From a virus, in the IMG/VR virus record IMGVR_UViG_3300022868_000014, positions 1-64,000 of that record: a stretch of DNA of 64,000 bases. One strand, 5' to 3'. Both the position numbers and the translations under genes were made by a program. Under the pieces are notes generated by a model that was given only the letters and a program-made list of their open reading frames with translations, was not told the DNA's origin and did not search any database. Positions 27,092 to 37,678 of this stretch are shown piece by piece (position 1 is the stretch's first letter; each line of letters starts with the position of its first letter).

Positions 27092-27487
27092 CTATGTTAA
27101 ATAAGCTTGTTCTTCATCGTCTGTTGTTGATGAACTATCATTGCTCCAAGACTCCTCACTCTCTTCGTGCCCTGGGCCAATATACTTCTGCATGAATGAA
27201 GCTATAAGGGCCTGTATATCCTCATTAGACCGGTATGGTCCAGCGGCCGATCCTTTAGCAGCATCATCATCCAGTTTATCAACGAGGTCATCCATACGAC
27301 TTTTAACTTCACGATTATACTCAGCACACAGAATAGACTCAAATAAGGCAAATTCTGTGGTCGGAACATCTATCCTACCTGAACGGAAGTTTACCGTAAC
27401 CTCTACAGCATCCTTCTCAATAACAGTAATTTCATCTGTGTTGATGATTACACCAAAGCCATCGGTGTTTGTTGATTTTATAAACAT
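27092..27487 (-). CDS. Hypothetical protein
   Basis: AGGAG SD; IINTDEITVIEK. Confidence 0.65.
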   Translation of the reverse strand: MFIKSTNTDGFGVIINTDEITVIEKDAVEVTVNFRSGRIDVPTTEFALFESILCAEYNREVKSRMDDLVDKLDDDAAKGSAAGPYRSNEDIQALIASFMQKYIGPGHEESEESWSNDSSSTTDDEEQAYLT

Positions 27488-28128
27488 TATGTAATAGCTC
27501 CTTGAAGTTTCCGTGCGAGCCCCTGCTTCCGTGCAGTAGATATTGTCGTTGCATAATTGGAGTAAGCATTTCTTATCTCCTGAGGCGTCATGGTATGTTT
27601 ATAGGTGGTACCTGTATCCGTAGTTGCAGTTGTAGCAGACGCGTCACTCAGATAATTATCTGTGACACTATTAGACGTAATAGTAGTGCTCCAAGTACTA
27701 TCACCTGTACCAGACGAGCCAATCTCATAAGGCTGTTGAGAGTACTTATAGTCACCACTAAGATCGTACTCTTCTTGTGTGTCCTTTCCCGCTTCCTCTT
27801 CCTTAAGTAGGCCACTAAACGTCTCCATCTTCTGTTCCCAATAACCATCGTAGTCCTGGCTTAAATAACTAATAAGCTCATTATAGGTGATTTCGTTGAT
27901 TTCTATATCTGCTGTGCCTTCAATGTTACTGGATAGAAAGAAGTTTCCATCCTTTTCTTTCTGCTCAATCGAAGAGACATCCTCCGGTCTAAGCGCGTGT
28001 TTCTTTCCTCCTGAATCTTCAAAGTGTATCATATCACTCCTCCTTTTAACTGTAGTGAATTCATTTTTACCGTCTAACCCAAACCAATATTTTTCTTGGT
28101 ACATGTGTGGACTTACTATTCCTATCAT
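27487..28128 (-). CDS. Hypothetical protein, Thr/Ser-rich C-terminus
   Basis: ATG at 28128 has AGGAGG SD (track start 28146). Confidence 0.65.
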   Translation of the reverse strand: MIGIVSPHMYQEKYWFGLDGKNEFTTVKRRSDMIHFEDSGGKKHALRPEDVSSIEQKEKDGNFFLSSNIEGTADIEINEITYNELISYLSQDYDGYWEQKMETFSGLLKEEEAGKDTQEEYDLSGDYKYSQQPYEIGSSGTGDSTWSTTITSNSVTDNYLSDASATTATTDTGTTYKHTMTPQEIRNAYSNYATTISTARKQGLARKLQGAIT

Positions 28129-28146
28129 ATTAATTCCTCCTAACAC

Positions 28147-28174
28147 AACATATAGTGTTTTCCTGAAAAGTCAA
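28147..28174 (-). promoter_or_regulatory. Sigma70-like promoter for the minus-strand run
   Basis: TTGACT-N16-TATGTT on the minus strand. Confidence 0.45.
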
Positions 28175-28233
28175 GCGATCTTTAACAGTTACTGCCTATT
28201 TGTACTATGCAGGCGCGTGTATTATATTAAGGA

Positions 28234-28869
28234 ATGAATAACATTATGAGGGACACCTCAATTGAAGACACACTACAAAGAGGACAAAACAAAATGCAAA
28301 AGACTAGTGCAGACAAAAAGACAGATATTTACCTTAAAGCGTACTACGGTGGTTACATAAGCAAAGAAGCTGGCTTTATGCAGGACATATATAAAGGATG
28401 GCAGGGTATGAAACCTCAACATAAGAAATGGATCGGCGCAGGCGTCGGTGGCATAGGAGCAGGTCTAGCCGGTGCGATAGGCGGTAAGATGATGGGTGCA
28501 AAGAATACACCTTTAATAGCCTTACTAACAGCATTGGCCGGTGGTTACGGTGGATGGCAGGCAGGTAGTGGTAAGAATGATTATATCAGCAAGTTACTGG
28601 CCTACCTAAGCGGGTCTAAACCAAAACCAGTAGCCCCATCCGGGAAAAACCCTTTAACCACACCGGGGCCTAACAATACACCTGCACCTGGGCCTATACC
28701 CAGAGATACTAGTATTCCTTTGGCAAAGCTACCTAAGGCTAAACCTGCAGACACCAGTATTCCAGCTCCTACCCCCAAAGAACTGACGGATAAGACTATT
28801 AATCAGGACAATGACGCGGCGTACACAAAGGAATACGACATAGGTAAAAAAGTTAATGGCATTGACTGA
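28234..28869 (+). CDS. Glycine-zipper protein with YxxGYxxKxA leader
   Basis: YLKAYYGGYISKEAG; GAGVGGIGAGLAGAIGG; start may be the downstream ATG. Confidence 0.7.
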   Translation: MNNIMRDTSIEDTLQRGQNKMQKTSADKKTDIYLKAYYGGYISKEAGFMQDIYKGWQGMKPQHKKWIGAGVGGIGAGLAGAIGGKMMGAKNTPLIALLTALAGGYGGWQAGSGKNDYISKLLAYLSGSKPKPVAPSGKNPLTTPGPNNTPAPGPIPRDTSIPLAKLPKAKPADTSIPAPTPKELTDKTINQDNDAAYTKEYDIGKKVNGID

Positions 28870-30115
28870 GCAACAACTTAAGGCCCTTACTAAATTACTA
28901 GGTTATTCAGCAGGAGGCGCCGGCGTTGGTGGTCTTCTTGAATACCTTATAAGAGGGCGCGCAGGCGCAACAGGTATCCTCGGTGGAGCAGCCGCGGGTG
29001 CTGGTGGATATCTAGCCACCGATAAAGGTGCTAGAGACCAACTCGGTAAATTCTACAACTACATGACGTCCACCACTGACGATAAGCTTGCTACTATGAA
29101 GGATAAAGGTGGAGCACCTCCTACAGTACCTACTAAAGCCCCTAAAGAAGTGAGCCGCTTCGACCAGTATATGGATTACATGGTTAAAGGCATGGAAGGT
29201 AAAGGATACACACCCGAACGTATTAAGAATGAAATAGCAGATTATTATGATCAATACCAGAAGGTACCACCCTCCCTGGATCATTTAGATGCATCCATTA
29301 AAGGAACAACATTAGATTCAATGCCCGGCACAGGTGGTGGTATTTCCAATTCTTTTCTCTTAGGTGTATCAGAGGATCTAGGTTTAGGAAGAATCAACCC
29401 AGATAGTCCTGAACAGAAGCAAGACATCACGGATAAGATCATGAACTGGGGTTTCTGGGGATCATTAGGAACACAATTAGGAGCCTCTCGTATTAAAGGA
29501 GGCGCCGGCGTAAGTGGCGTAGCTAGTAAGGTAGGGGGCGTAGCCAACAAGCTTACTCTCGGGTTACTCCTAGCCGAGCAGGCTAAGAAGTTCGCATTAG
29601 CAAGATTTTCAGAGGAACATGGAGCTGCTAGAGATAAGTCTAAAGGTAGAGAACGCTCTTTCGCCATACAAGGAGGCCTCCCAGGTAATGAGGCCTATGA
29701 ACAACGCCAACTAGGCAGATCAACTTCAGCGTTGGTAAGAGGACTAGGTGCAGCAGCCGTGGGGACTAAGTCCCCTGAAACGGCTGCCTGGATATGGCCC
29801 GGAGATTATATGGCAGATGCAGCCAGAACTACTAACTATTTAGACCCTACTAGAATGGGGTATAACCTAGTAACAGGCCAAGCAGGTAAAGATACCAAAT
29901 CAAAGGCTATCGCAACCTTAGTAAGAGATGCAGGTAGTTGGTGGGGTGGCCTAGCTACCAAAGGTAAACCAAGCATGCCACGTACCTTAGATATCAACAG
30001 AGAAGGCACAGCGCCTATCTCCGATCAAGATGTCCATAACTACATGAGTAGTCTTCCAGATGACAGTCCAATTAGGGCTAGCATCAACAGACAATATAAA
30101 TTACAACAGAAGTAA
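28856..30115 (+). CDS. Glycine-zipper putative virion protein
   Basis: GGAGVGGLL, GILGGAAAGAGGY. Confidence 0.7.
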   Translation: MALTEQQLKALTKLLGYSAGGAGVGGLLEYLIRGRAGATGILGGAAAGAGGYLATDKGARDQLGKFYNYMTSTTDDKLATMKDKGGAPPTVPTKAPKEVSRFDQYMDYMVKGMEGKGYTPERIKNEIADYYDQYQKVPPSLDHLDASIKGTTLDSMPGTGGGISNSFLLGVSEDLGLGRINPDSPEQKQDITDKIMNWGFWGSLGTQLGASRIKGGAGVSGVASKVGGVANKLTLGLLLAEQAKKFALARFSEEHGAARDKSKGRERSFAIQGGLPGNEAYEQRQLGRSTSALVRGLGAAAVGTKSPETAAWIWPGDYMADAARTTNYLDPTRMGYNLVTGQAGKDTKSKAIATLVRDAGSWWGGLATKGKPSMPRTLDINREGTAPISDQDVHNYMSSLPDDSPIRASINRQYKLQQK

Positions 30116-30128
30116 TTAGTTTCGTCGT

Positions 30129-30156
30129 TTGACTTATCCCCGACCCCTGCTATATT
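30129..30156 (+). promoter_or_regulatory. Sigma70-like promoter
   Basis: TTGACT-N16-TATATT with TGn extended -10. Confidence 0.55.
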
Positions 30157-30196
30157 GTAATTGTAAAACAACATATTGTGATAGGAGGAATTCATT

Positions 30197-30757
30197 ATGT
30201 TAAGACCAATCGGAATAACAGGAAAGATTGCAGCAGGCAAGGACACATTCGCGGACATGCTTATTGCACACGACTGCAAAATGTTTACTAAGTACTCATT
30301 GGCAGCACCCATGAAGAAGATGGCTACCGAAGTCTTCGGCTTCACACAGGAGCAGGTAACAGACCACACCCTTAAGGAGACTACAGACGAGTTTTGGGAT
30401 ATCACTCCTAGACGCTTCCTGCAGATCATGGGCACGGATATGTTCCGCGACGTATTCAGAGAGGATGTATGGCTTAAGATGGCTGAGAAGCACATGAGAG
30501 AGCACGAGGACAAGCATGTAGTTATCTCAGACATAAGATTTCTAAATGAAGCAGAGTTCATCCGGGATCTTGGAGGAATAGTAATCAGAATAGATCGCCC
30601 GGGCCAACCTGAAGCTGAGAATGCTATCAAACATTCCAGTGAGGCAGGCATACCAGACGAACTCATTAACCATGTAGTAGCAAACGATTCAACAATCTGT
30701 AGCCTTAATTGGCAGGTTAACACATTTTGGGTACCGCAGATACTGGAGGAGGACTAA
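30197..30757 (+). CDS. Deoxynucleoside monophosphate kinase (T4 gp1-like)
   Basis: P-loop GITGKIAAGKDT; TPRRFLQIMGTD.FR; VVISDIRFLNE; HSSE. Confidence 0.9.
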   Translation: MLRPIGITGKIAAGKDTFADMLIAHDCKMFTKYSLAAPMKKMATEVFGFTQEQVTDHTLKETTDEFWDITPRRFLQIMGTDMFRDVFREDVWLKMAEKHMREHEDKHVVISDIRFLNEAEFIRDLGGIVIRIDRPGQPEAENAIKHSSEAGIPDELINHVVANDSTICSLNWQVNTFWVPQILEED

Positions 30758-30758
30758 T

Positions 30759-31355
30759 ATGAAAGAAGTACCATTACCATTTAGAAGCGGATTCTATCTA
30801 ACAGCACACAGTTTGGTCACACAGGAGGGTGGGTGCATGCCTATGCTAGGACGCACGCGTGATAAGTGTATGTATGTATTAACAGCAGAGCCTGTTGATG
30901 GCGAATACATACTACTTGAGGACGATGTAGCTATGATGAAGAACGAAGAGATACCCAATGCACTTAAGGAAGGTAGCATGGGTTACTATACTATGGCACA
31001 AGTCGATCTTATTCCGTATCATATATTTAATCAGTGGGAGAAGCGTGATTACATGTTATTCGCGGTAAGAGTCAATGACCTGGTTTATGATACTAAGACA
31101 AAGAAGACCTTAATATCCACGGACCGTAAGCTATACTACATGGATAGCCACTTTACAGGCGATGTAGCAGTACCACCACCGGCTCCTTCTAGAGGAGAAC
31201 GTTCGGACGATATTGCGCTGGGTGTGGAACTTAAGATAGTCTCAAGCTCCATCCTTATGCAGCAAAAGCGTAATGAGGTAGCCAACGGGGTTGAGTGCAC
31301 ATACGATACCAAACGTGCTAATAAGATAATGAAAGCAGCAAAACGAGGTAAATAA
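30759..31355 (+). CDS. Hypothetical protein
   Basis: GGAGG SD. Confidence 0.7.
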   Translation: MKEVPLPFRSGFYLTAHSLVTQEGGCMPMLGRTRDKCMYVLTAEPVDGEYILLEDDVAMMKNEEIPNALKEGSMGYYTMAQVDLIPYHIFNQWEKRDYMLFAVRVNDLVYDTKTKKTLISTDRKLYYMDSHFTGDVAVPPPAPSRGERSDDIALGVELKIVSSSILMQQKRNEVANGVECTYDTKRANKIMKAAKRGK

Positions 31356-32110
31356 TGGCCAATGACAGAGCATTAGTAGAAGAGAAGGAAGCGGAGTCAT
31401 ATGAATACATTGATAAGGTCAAGGAGACCATACTACCGCACACTAGCCGTACTGGAGGCATTGAAGGAGTCAAAGACCCTTACCCTGCTATCAAGTACCG
31501 TAAGTTTGAAGGCGAGCGACTGGTACAGGAATCAGAGCTTACTAACATTAAACACCCGGAACTAGTAGAAGAAGAACCAAGTATTGGGTTTGTAGCACCA
31601 TCTCTAGGCGGTGACCCTATTCAGGACCCCTCATTGCCTGTGCCACCCACAAGAGCCGGCATTAAGCAGCCTGACTCAATCTCATCAGTGCACCCAGTGG
31701 CTACTACTCCGATTGATCCTAACTTAGAGATGATGAGGATGATGAAGGAGATGGTTATGCAACAACGTGTAGCACCTCCCCAGAACGAACCACCTAAGTC
31801 ATCCAGTATACCTACTGATGGTATCATAACAGATACCAAAGGCGAATATACATCGGTTACATTTACCGGTCCCTTTGGTGAAGTATCCGCTCCTTTCCAG
31901 AAAGTAGTAGATGGTGAGCTTTGTGTAGCACTGGTACAAGATACTAACAGTGCTTTCAATTATAACCCACCTATTGCTGATGATGTAAGCATCCTAATGG
32001 AGTGGCAGGAGAAGAGCAGTAAACGGACTCAACCTGTTATTAATGCGGGACTCTCATTTAAACTGTCTAAGACCGAGAAGGTCATAGTCTTATTAAAGGA
32101 CGGTAGTTGA
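31355..32110 (+). CDS. Hypothetical protein, Pro-rich middle
   Basis: GAGGT SD. Confidence 0.7.
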   Translation: MANDRALVEEKEAESYEYIDKVKETILPHTSRTGGIEGVKDPYPAIKYRKFEGERLVQESELTNIKHPELVEEEPSIGFVAPSLGGDPIQDPSLPVPPTRAGIKQPDSISSVHPVATTPIDPNLEMMRMMKEMVMQQRVAPPQNEPPKSSSIPTDGIITDTKGEYTSVTFTGPFGEVSAPFQKVVDGELCVALVQDTNSAFNYNPPIADDVSILMEWQEKSSKRTQPVINAGLSFKLSKTEKVIVLLKDGS

Positions 32111-32140
32111 ATACAACCGAGTATTAAACTATAGTACTGT

Positions 32141-32338
32141 ATGGAAAAAATAAGTAAACAACGTATTATCTGTTCAATCTCTGGTTGTTCGCACGAGGCG
32201 GAAGAGGACTCAAGTCCCCCACTGTGCAATGCGCACTCCCATGAGAAAACTGCATCAAGTGGCTCGGACTTCGGTCTTAAAGCTGCCGCGGAGATGAGTG
32301 AACAATTATGGAGACACAACAAAGATGTACTCAACTAA
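32141..32338 (+). CDS. Small Cys/His protein
   Basis: CSISGC...CNAH; EKTAS; upstream TTGAAT-N17-TATAGT. Confidence 0.55.
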   Translation: MEKISKQRIICSISGCSHEAEEDSSPPLCNAHSHEKTASSGSDFGLKAAAEMSEQLWRHNKDVLN

Positions 32339-34196
32339 ATTCCCGTTGAACAGCAGGATCATTGACTTCCCTGACCCGTTCATGAGCTTCTCGAACATTA
32401 TCTACCCATCCACAGTACAGGAAGTATTCTATTGGGCAGACAGGCTATGGTTACGTAATGGGATCTATTCTCAGGCCATTAAAAAATGTGTTCGTTACTT
32501 CCTTAACGACATAGACCTGACAGGGGACGACCTAAGCCATGACACACGTAAGAAATACCAAACCTTCCTAATGGAACAGATGAATATACTGGACCAGCTT
32601 GGGCAGGTAGGTGATGATGTAATCGCCTATGGTAACAGCTTCACATCAGTATCAGTACCGTTAAGGCGGTCCTTGGTATGTCCTAATAAAGATTGTGGAC
32701 TATCCCGACCTCTTGAAACACTGAAGTTAGATGAAGACTACAAGTGGAAAGATTATAGCTTTGTAGGGGACTGTCCTCAGTGTAAAATGAAAGCACAAAC
32801 CTTTAGACGCATTGATGCCAGCGGTGTCAGTAAGCATTCAAAAATTAAAATCATTAGATGGGCACCTCAGTATGTTTCTATTAAACATTGCTCTATCACT
32901 GGTGAATCCGATTACTACTATGAGATCCCGGCGGAAGAGAAAAGACGTATCAAGGACGGTGACCCTGTGTTTATACGTTCTATGCCGTGGGAACTTATAG
33001 AGTCTGTTAAGAACGACAGGCCATTTAAGTTTAATAAGGAAACATTTTATCATCTAAAATGTAATACTGCAGCAAATCTTGTCCCTATGTTGAAGGGTTG
33101 GGGCTTACCTCTGTTTATGTCTAACTTCTCACAAGTTGTTCACCTCCAAATACTTGAGAGATTTAATGAGGCGATTGCGATGGATTACATCGTACCATTC
33201 AGAGTTCTGACTCCTCCGACAACTGGGGGCGCTTCAAAAACAGATCCTATGTTATCTAATAACATGGGTAACTTTATGGGAGCTGTAAGACGTATGGTCA
33301 AACAGCATCGCCAGGACCCGACTTCTTGGCATACATTACCATTCCCTCTAGAATATCAGGCAATCGGTGGAGAAGCTAAATCACTGGTACCTGTTGAACT
33401 TATTGACAGAGCACAAGACGTACTGTTAACTAGTATGGGTGTTCCACAAGAGTTCTATCGTGGGTCTATCACTATGGGAGGCAGTGGTCCTCCAATCTCT
33501 CTTCGTATGTTCGAAAAGACTTGGACGCATTATACCACTATGCTTGACGACTGGTTAGGTTGGTTTCTAGTCCAGTGCGGTCGTATCATGGGATGGGAAG
33601 GTAACATTACCGGAAAACTTGAACGTACTAGTATTGTTGAAGACGAAATGGGTAAACAAGTTAAGCTTAATCTAGCTAGCGCTAAAGTCATCTCTAACCG
33701 TACAGCCCTTAAAGCATTCGGTATTGATATGGACCGTGAACGCGAACAGATCATCGAAGAAGACCGTATTATGAACGAGTTAATGCGCGAAGAACAGAAG
33801 AAGGATGAACAGACTATGATGCTCACGGAGCAGATGGCTACTATTCCTCCAGACGCAGCAGCTCAGAATATGGGTATGCCTCCGGGCGCAGAAGGTGGAG
33901 CACCACCTGCAGGCGGACCAGTAGGCGCAGCACCTATGCCTCCAGCAGGAGCAGCTCCTATGGGCGGTGGTACACCTTCTATGGATGATATGATGGCACA
34001 AGCTGAGCAGACAGCTCAGCAGATTATGTCTATGGACCCAACAACTAGACGTAATGAGCTCACTAATCTCAAGAAGAGCAATCCTACATTACACGCTCAA
34101 GTTAAGCAAATGATATCAGACATGGAGCAGGGTGTTAAATCAAACGCCCTAGCCCAAGCTAAGCAACAAGCGTCACAAGGCGGCGGTGCTATGTAA
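32298..34196 (+). CDS. Probable portal protein with zinc-ribbon insertion
   Basis: Size and position before head genes; G.D...YGN.F, GWG.P, EAIA.D.I.P.R patterns typical of large-phage portals; CPNKDC/CPQC insertion; start may be ATG 32325. Confidence 0.6.
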   Translation: MNNYGDTTKMYSTKFPLNSRIIDFPDPFMSFSNIIYPSTVQEVFYWADRLWLRNGIYSQAIKKCVRYFLNDIDLTGDDLSHDTRKKYQTFLMEQMNILDQLGQVGDDVIAYGNSFTSVSVPLRRSLVCPNKDCGLSRPLETLKLDEDYKWKDYSFVGDCPQCKMKAQTFRRIDASGVSKHSKIKIIRWAPQYVSIKHCSITGESDYYYEIPAEEKRRIKDGDPVFIRSMPWELIESVKNDRPFKFNKETFYHLKCNTAANLVPMLKGWGLPLFMSNFSQVVHLQILERFNEAIAMDYIVPFRVLTPPTTGGASKTDPMLSNNMGNFMGAVRRMVKQHRQDPTSWHTLPFPLEYQAIGGEAKSLVPVELIDRAQDVLLTSMGVPQEFYRGSITMGGSGPPISLRMFEKTWTHYTTMLDDWLGWFLVQCGRIMGWEGNITGKLERTSIVEDEMGKQVKLNLASAKVISNRTALKAFGIDMDREREQIIEEDRIMNELMREEQKKDEQTMMLTEQMATIPPDAAAQNMGMPPGAEGGAPPAGGPVGAAPMPPAGAAPMGGGTPSMDDMMAQAEQTAQQIMSMDPTTRRNELTNLKKSNPTLHAQVKQMISDMEQGVKSNALAQAKQQASQGGGAM

Positions 34197-34261
34197 TCAC
34201 GGAATGGCCAATAGTGCTTTCTGAGGTTATATTAATAGTATAAATATGTAGGAGTAAAACT

Positions 34262-35086
34262 ATGAACAGCATTCAATTTGTTGAATATATGAATAAACAG
34301 GCAGGACCTGGTTACACAGATGACACTATAAAAGCCGCTAAGGGTATATATGGTGATGATAAACCGGGTGCATTGGATGCCCTCAAAGGCAGAGCAAAGG
34401 CTCAGTGGCAGATGCAGCGCGCTGCTCCATCGGCCGCCCAGGCCAGAGAACAGGGAAACCTTATATCATCTTCTGATGCAGGTCTTTCTATGGACCAGCT
34501 CAAAGCAAAACGTGAACGCGTAGCCCGTGTTGATAAACCCTTCAGAGCTCAATCCAAAGTTTCACTTACAACCCCCGCCCAGTCACGATACACATCAGGC
34601 GTTGCTAGTCGTATGGGCAAGCACCTAGGAAAAGAAGACAGCACGTTTGATAAGTTTCTAGGATGGGCAACAGGGTCTCAGAATAGGAAAGCAACGGAAA
34701 TGGATGCCCTATTAAAAGATATCAAAGCCAACCCTGACGGAGAAGCAGCCCGGCAGGCAGGGTTTACACCCGGCTCCCTCTGGAATCCCAGTACGTGGGG
34801 TTCAAGTGCTATTAATAGAGGAATTGTAGATAAGTCAGTAGCCGCCAATATACCAGCCGCTGTAAAGCAACAGCAGCAAGAAGCTTTAGCAGCCTTCTGG
34901 GCTAAGAATAAAGAGTGGTTAATTGCAGCAGGTATCGGCGTAGGTGGATTAGGTCTATTACTCACAACCCTCATGATGTCAGGCGGGCAACAACAAGCCC
35001 AACAACAGCAGCAACAACCACAAGCACCCTCACCGTGGTGGGCTAATAAAAACTTTAGAGGCTATAACTTCAGAGGTAGAGCATAA
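34262..35086 (+). CDS. Putative virion protein, KxA leader, C-terminal TM
   Basis: MNSIQFVEYMNKQAG; IAAGIGVGGLGLLL. Confidence 0.7.
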   Translation: MNSIQFVEYMNKQAGPGYTDDTIKAAKGIYGDDKPGALDALKGRAKAQWQMQRAAPSAAQAREQGNLISSSDAGLSMDQLKAKRERVARVDKPFRAQSKVSLTTPAQSRYTSGVASRMGKHLGKEDSTFDKFLGWATGSQNRKATEMDALLKDIKANPDGEAARQAGFTPGSLWNPSTWGSSAINRGIVDKSVAANIPAAVKQQQQEALAAFWAKNKEWLIAAGIGVGGLGLLLTTLMMSGGQQQAQQQQQQPQAPSPWWANKNFRGYNFRGRA

Positions 35087-35925
35087 TGGATGATAGGTTA
35101 GCAAAAGAAGCATTTGTGGATGATATGTTGGACCAAGTCGGTAAATTCGACTTAGCATCTATTCCTAAGACATGGCGCAAGATGACTGGGAATCCACTAG
35201 GGTCCGCACTTGCCACAGGAGCAGCTGTTGCTTTGCCTGCTTACTTCATGGCTAGACCAATGGCTAGAGGGCTCACAAATTTAAAAGGTAGACTACTAAG
35301 GCAGTCACCTGAACAGATCCAAGCTGAATTAGCTAAGGTAAACAATGCAGGAGACTTCAGAGGTCGCCTAGCTACTATCTTAGGTTTACTAGCAGCAGGT
35401 GGGTCTTTAGCACACAATTATGTACCTAAGTCAGTGCAGCCAGACAGTGGAGGGCTTAAGAGCCTTCTAACCTGGGATCACAAGTGGCCTGACGATGGTA
35501 CGATGTCTCCAGACGAGTTTAATAAGAGGAAGGACGCTATCCCAAAGATACCGCCTAACTATCTTCAGAAGCAACAGATGGCTAAAGAAGCAGGCTACAA
35601 TGCAGCTTATATGAATCCTTTACACGACCATCCTGGTATTCCTGTTGATTACTCGCTTGACCTTATATGGGGAGACAAGTATCTTAATGGTAAAGAGAAG
35701 ATCAATGCCAGCAAACCATTTGAGAATGCTGGGGAAGGTAAATCAGGTATGATCTCCACAGGGGATCTCGCACGAGGCGCACTACGGGCCGGGTTCGGAG
35801 CAGGCGCAGGTTATCTTCTAGCCAATACAATGGGTAAAGTATTAAGTGCACCACAGGCAGTCACCCAAACACTGTCAGCAACAGGTGCCTTAGCAGGTAT
35901 GTTAAAGAATACAGGAGTAATTTAA
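35086..35925 (+). CDS. Glycine-zipper putative virion protein
   Basis: LAKEAF, MAKEAG; GFGAGAGYLLA. Confidence 0.7.
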   Translation: MDDRLAKEAFVDDMLDQVGKFDLASIPKTWRKMTGNPLGSALATGAAVALPAYFMARPMARGLTNLKGRLLRQSPEQIQAELAKVNNAGDFRGRLATILGLLAAGGSLAHNYVPKSVQPDSGGLKSLLTWDHKWPDDGTMSPDEFNKRKDAIPKIPPNYLQKQQMAKEAGYNAAYMNPLHDHPGIPVDYSLDLIWGDKYLNGKEKINASKPFENAGEGKSGMISTGDLARGALRAGFGAGAGYLLANTMGKVLSAPQAVTQTLSATGALAGMLKNTGVI

Positions 35926-36261
35926 ATGTCAAAACCAATAGAACAATATTGTAACTATATGCATAAAGAGGCGGTTAATCCATTAGCAGCCTTATATATA
36001 GCTTATACATCTGGAGAAGCACTCTCAGGACAGGCTATGTCCATGGGGCTCGCTCTAGCTGCACTAGCAGGAGGAACCGGAGGTTATGTCGCGTCTAAAC
36101 TCACCTCTCCAGGTAAGAGAGATGTTAAGAACGTACAAAAAGCTTTCCTTCGGGATAAATTGCAGAGTGAACTGTCGAGGTCTAATCGCGAGGAACAGCT
36201 CTCTCAGTTAAAAGAACAGAGTTTACCTGGGGCTCCCAAACCTAAGAGTTTACATATATGA
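35926..36261 (+). CDS. Glycine-zipper putative virion protein
   Basis: YCNYMHKEAV; ALAGGTGGY. Confidence 0.7.
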   Translation: MSKPIEQYCNYMHKEAVNPLAALYIAYTSGEALSGQAMSMGLALAALAGGTGGYVASKLTSPGKRDVKNVQKAFLRDKLQSELSRSNREEQLSQLKEQSLPGAPKPKSLHI

Positions 36262-36593
36262 GTGACACAATTAAGGAGGTAGAAGAACCCACATCTATCA
36301 AGATAACAGGGGACTTCGAGGGAATACCATATAGAGGTGTTCCAATCAATCTGAAGAAGACGGATAAGCCCGAAGACTTCATGAAGTTGAACACGGTATT
36401 ATACGTCAAACGGTTTGAGCTGTCTGATGAGAAACAGCTTAAAGAATATGAAGAAGTATGTCAAAAAATACAGGATGGCCACGCACAACAATCCTATGAG
36501 AAAATGGAGTACATACCTGATGAAAAGCATTGGGTAGCTTTAGTACGATGGATAGACTACTGGTACAGTCCACTGGGAGAACCTGAAAAATGA
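36258..36593 (+). CDS. Hypothetical protein
   Basis: ATGA-coupled on both sides. Confidence 0.7.
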   Translation: MSDTIKEVEEPTSIKITGDFEGIPYRGVPINLKKTDKPEDFMKLNTVLYVKRFELSDEKQLKEYEEVCQKIQDGHAQQSYEKMEYIPDEKHWVALVRWIDYWYSPLGEPEK

Positions 36594-37678
36594 TAAAGAA
36601 ACAAGCCGAGTCCACATCAGAGATGACTCCCGGTACACTCGCGAATCTCGCACTGAATCCGTGGGCATCAGTACTGCCGGGTTCTAAATACTTTATACCC
36701 GAGTTTATTGAGAATATGAAGGCTAAGTATAGGGATAACCCTCCAATACCCTTTACAGGTAATGCATCTTTTGATAAGAATCTGTTTCATGGTATGGCAA
36801 CAGGTGGTACAGCTATGGCTCTAGCAGCATTGGCTCGGTACATCATGCATACATCGCAGGATAAAGAGCTAGACAAAACACTTAGAACAGACTCACGTGA
36901 GGCGACCGTAGGCGCTACTAATCCTATATTCTCACCAGACCCCTACTTAGATGATTTAGCAGAAGAGCAGGCCCAGCAGGGCATAGGCATCGATAAGTCT
37001 GCGGAAGAAGCTGTCAAAGAAGAACCCAAGCCTGATACAGGCGGCGTCGATATCAGCCCATGGCTCAAAGCTATAGTTCCTTTATCCATGATGATAGGCG
37101 GCGGTATGATAGGATATCAAGGTGTTGATAAAATATTAGAGCGTAATCGTAAAAGTGAACTAGACACTGACATTGATGAGCTTAGTAATAAATTAGATAA
37201 GGCCAACTATACTAAATTAATGAGAGCACGGGGCCTAGATCCAGATGAGCTACCACCTCCTGTACCACCTGGACAAGAGATGAGCGCAGACGGGCAGGTA
37301 TCTCCTATACCTAAACAAGCCCTTGAGGATTCAGCTAAAAATGCAATTAAATCTATGGCAGCATTAGTTATGCTAAGTGTTGCAGCGAGTAGTGGTGTAC
37401 TTACGAAACGATATTTCGACGGAGAAGATCCACAGAGAGCAGAGTACAGCGAAATGCAGCAGGCTCTTAAAGAGTTAAAGATGAGAGAACAGCGTAAAAC
37501 TCCTATATCAATAGCTCCAATAGCACCAGCGCTCGAACAGAACCTTAACAAACACCTGGGTAGCCCACAATCAGCAGTAAGCCATAGTTTACCGTCCAAA
37601 ATCGAAGAGACCCCTGTAGACATGCCTGTCTCAGGTCTCAACAAAGATAAGTCGGACAGAACAATGGCATTACTATGA
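36590..37678 (+). CDS. Putative virion membrane-associated protein
   Basis: MIKKQA, DKSAE, PKQAL; three hydrophobic segments. Confidence 0.7.
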   Translation: MIKKQAESTSEMTPGTLANLALNPWASVLPGSKYFIPEFIENMKAKYRDNPPIPFTGNASFDKNLFHGMATGGTAMALAALARYIMHTSQDKELDKTLRTDSREATVGATNPIFSPDPYLDDLAEEQAQQGIGIDKSAEEAVKEEPKPDTGGVDISPWLKAIVPLSMMIGGGMIGYQGVDKILERNRKSELDTDIDELSNKLDKANYTKLMRARGLDPDELPPPVPPGQEMSADGQVSPIPKQALEDSAKNAIKSMAALVMLSVAASSGVLTKRYFDGEDPQRAEYSEMQQALKELKMREQRKTPISIAPIAPALEQNLNKHLGSPQSAVSHSLPSKIEETPVDMPVSGLNKDKSDRTMALL

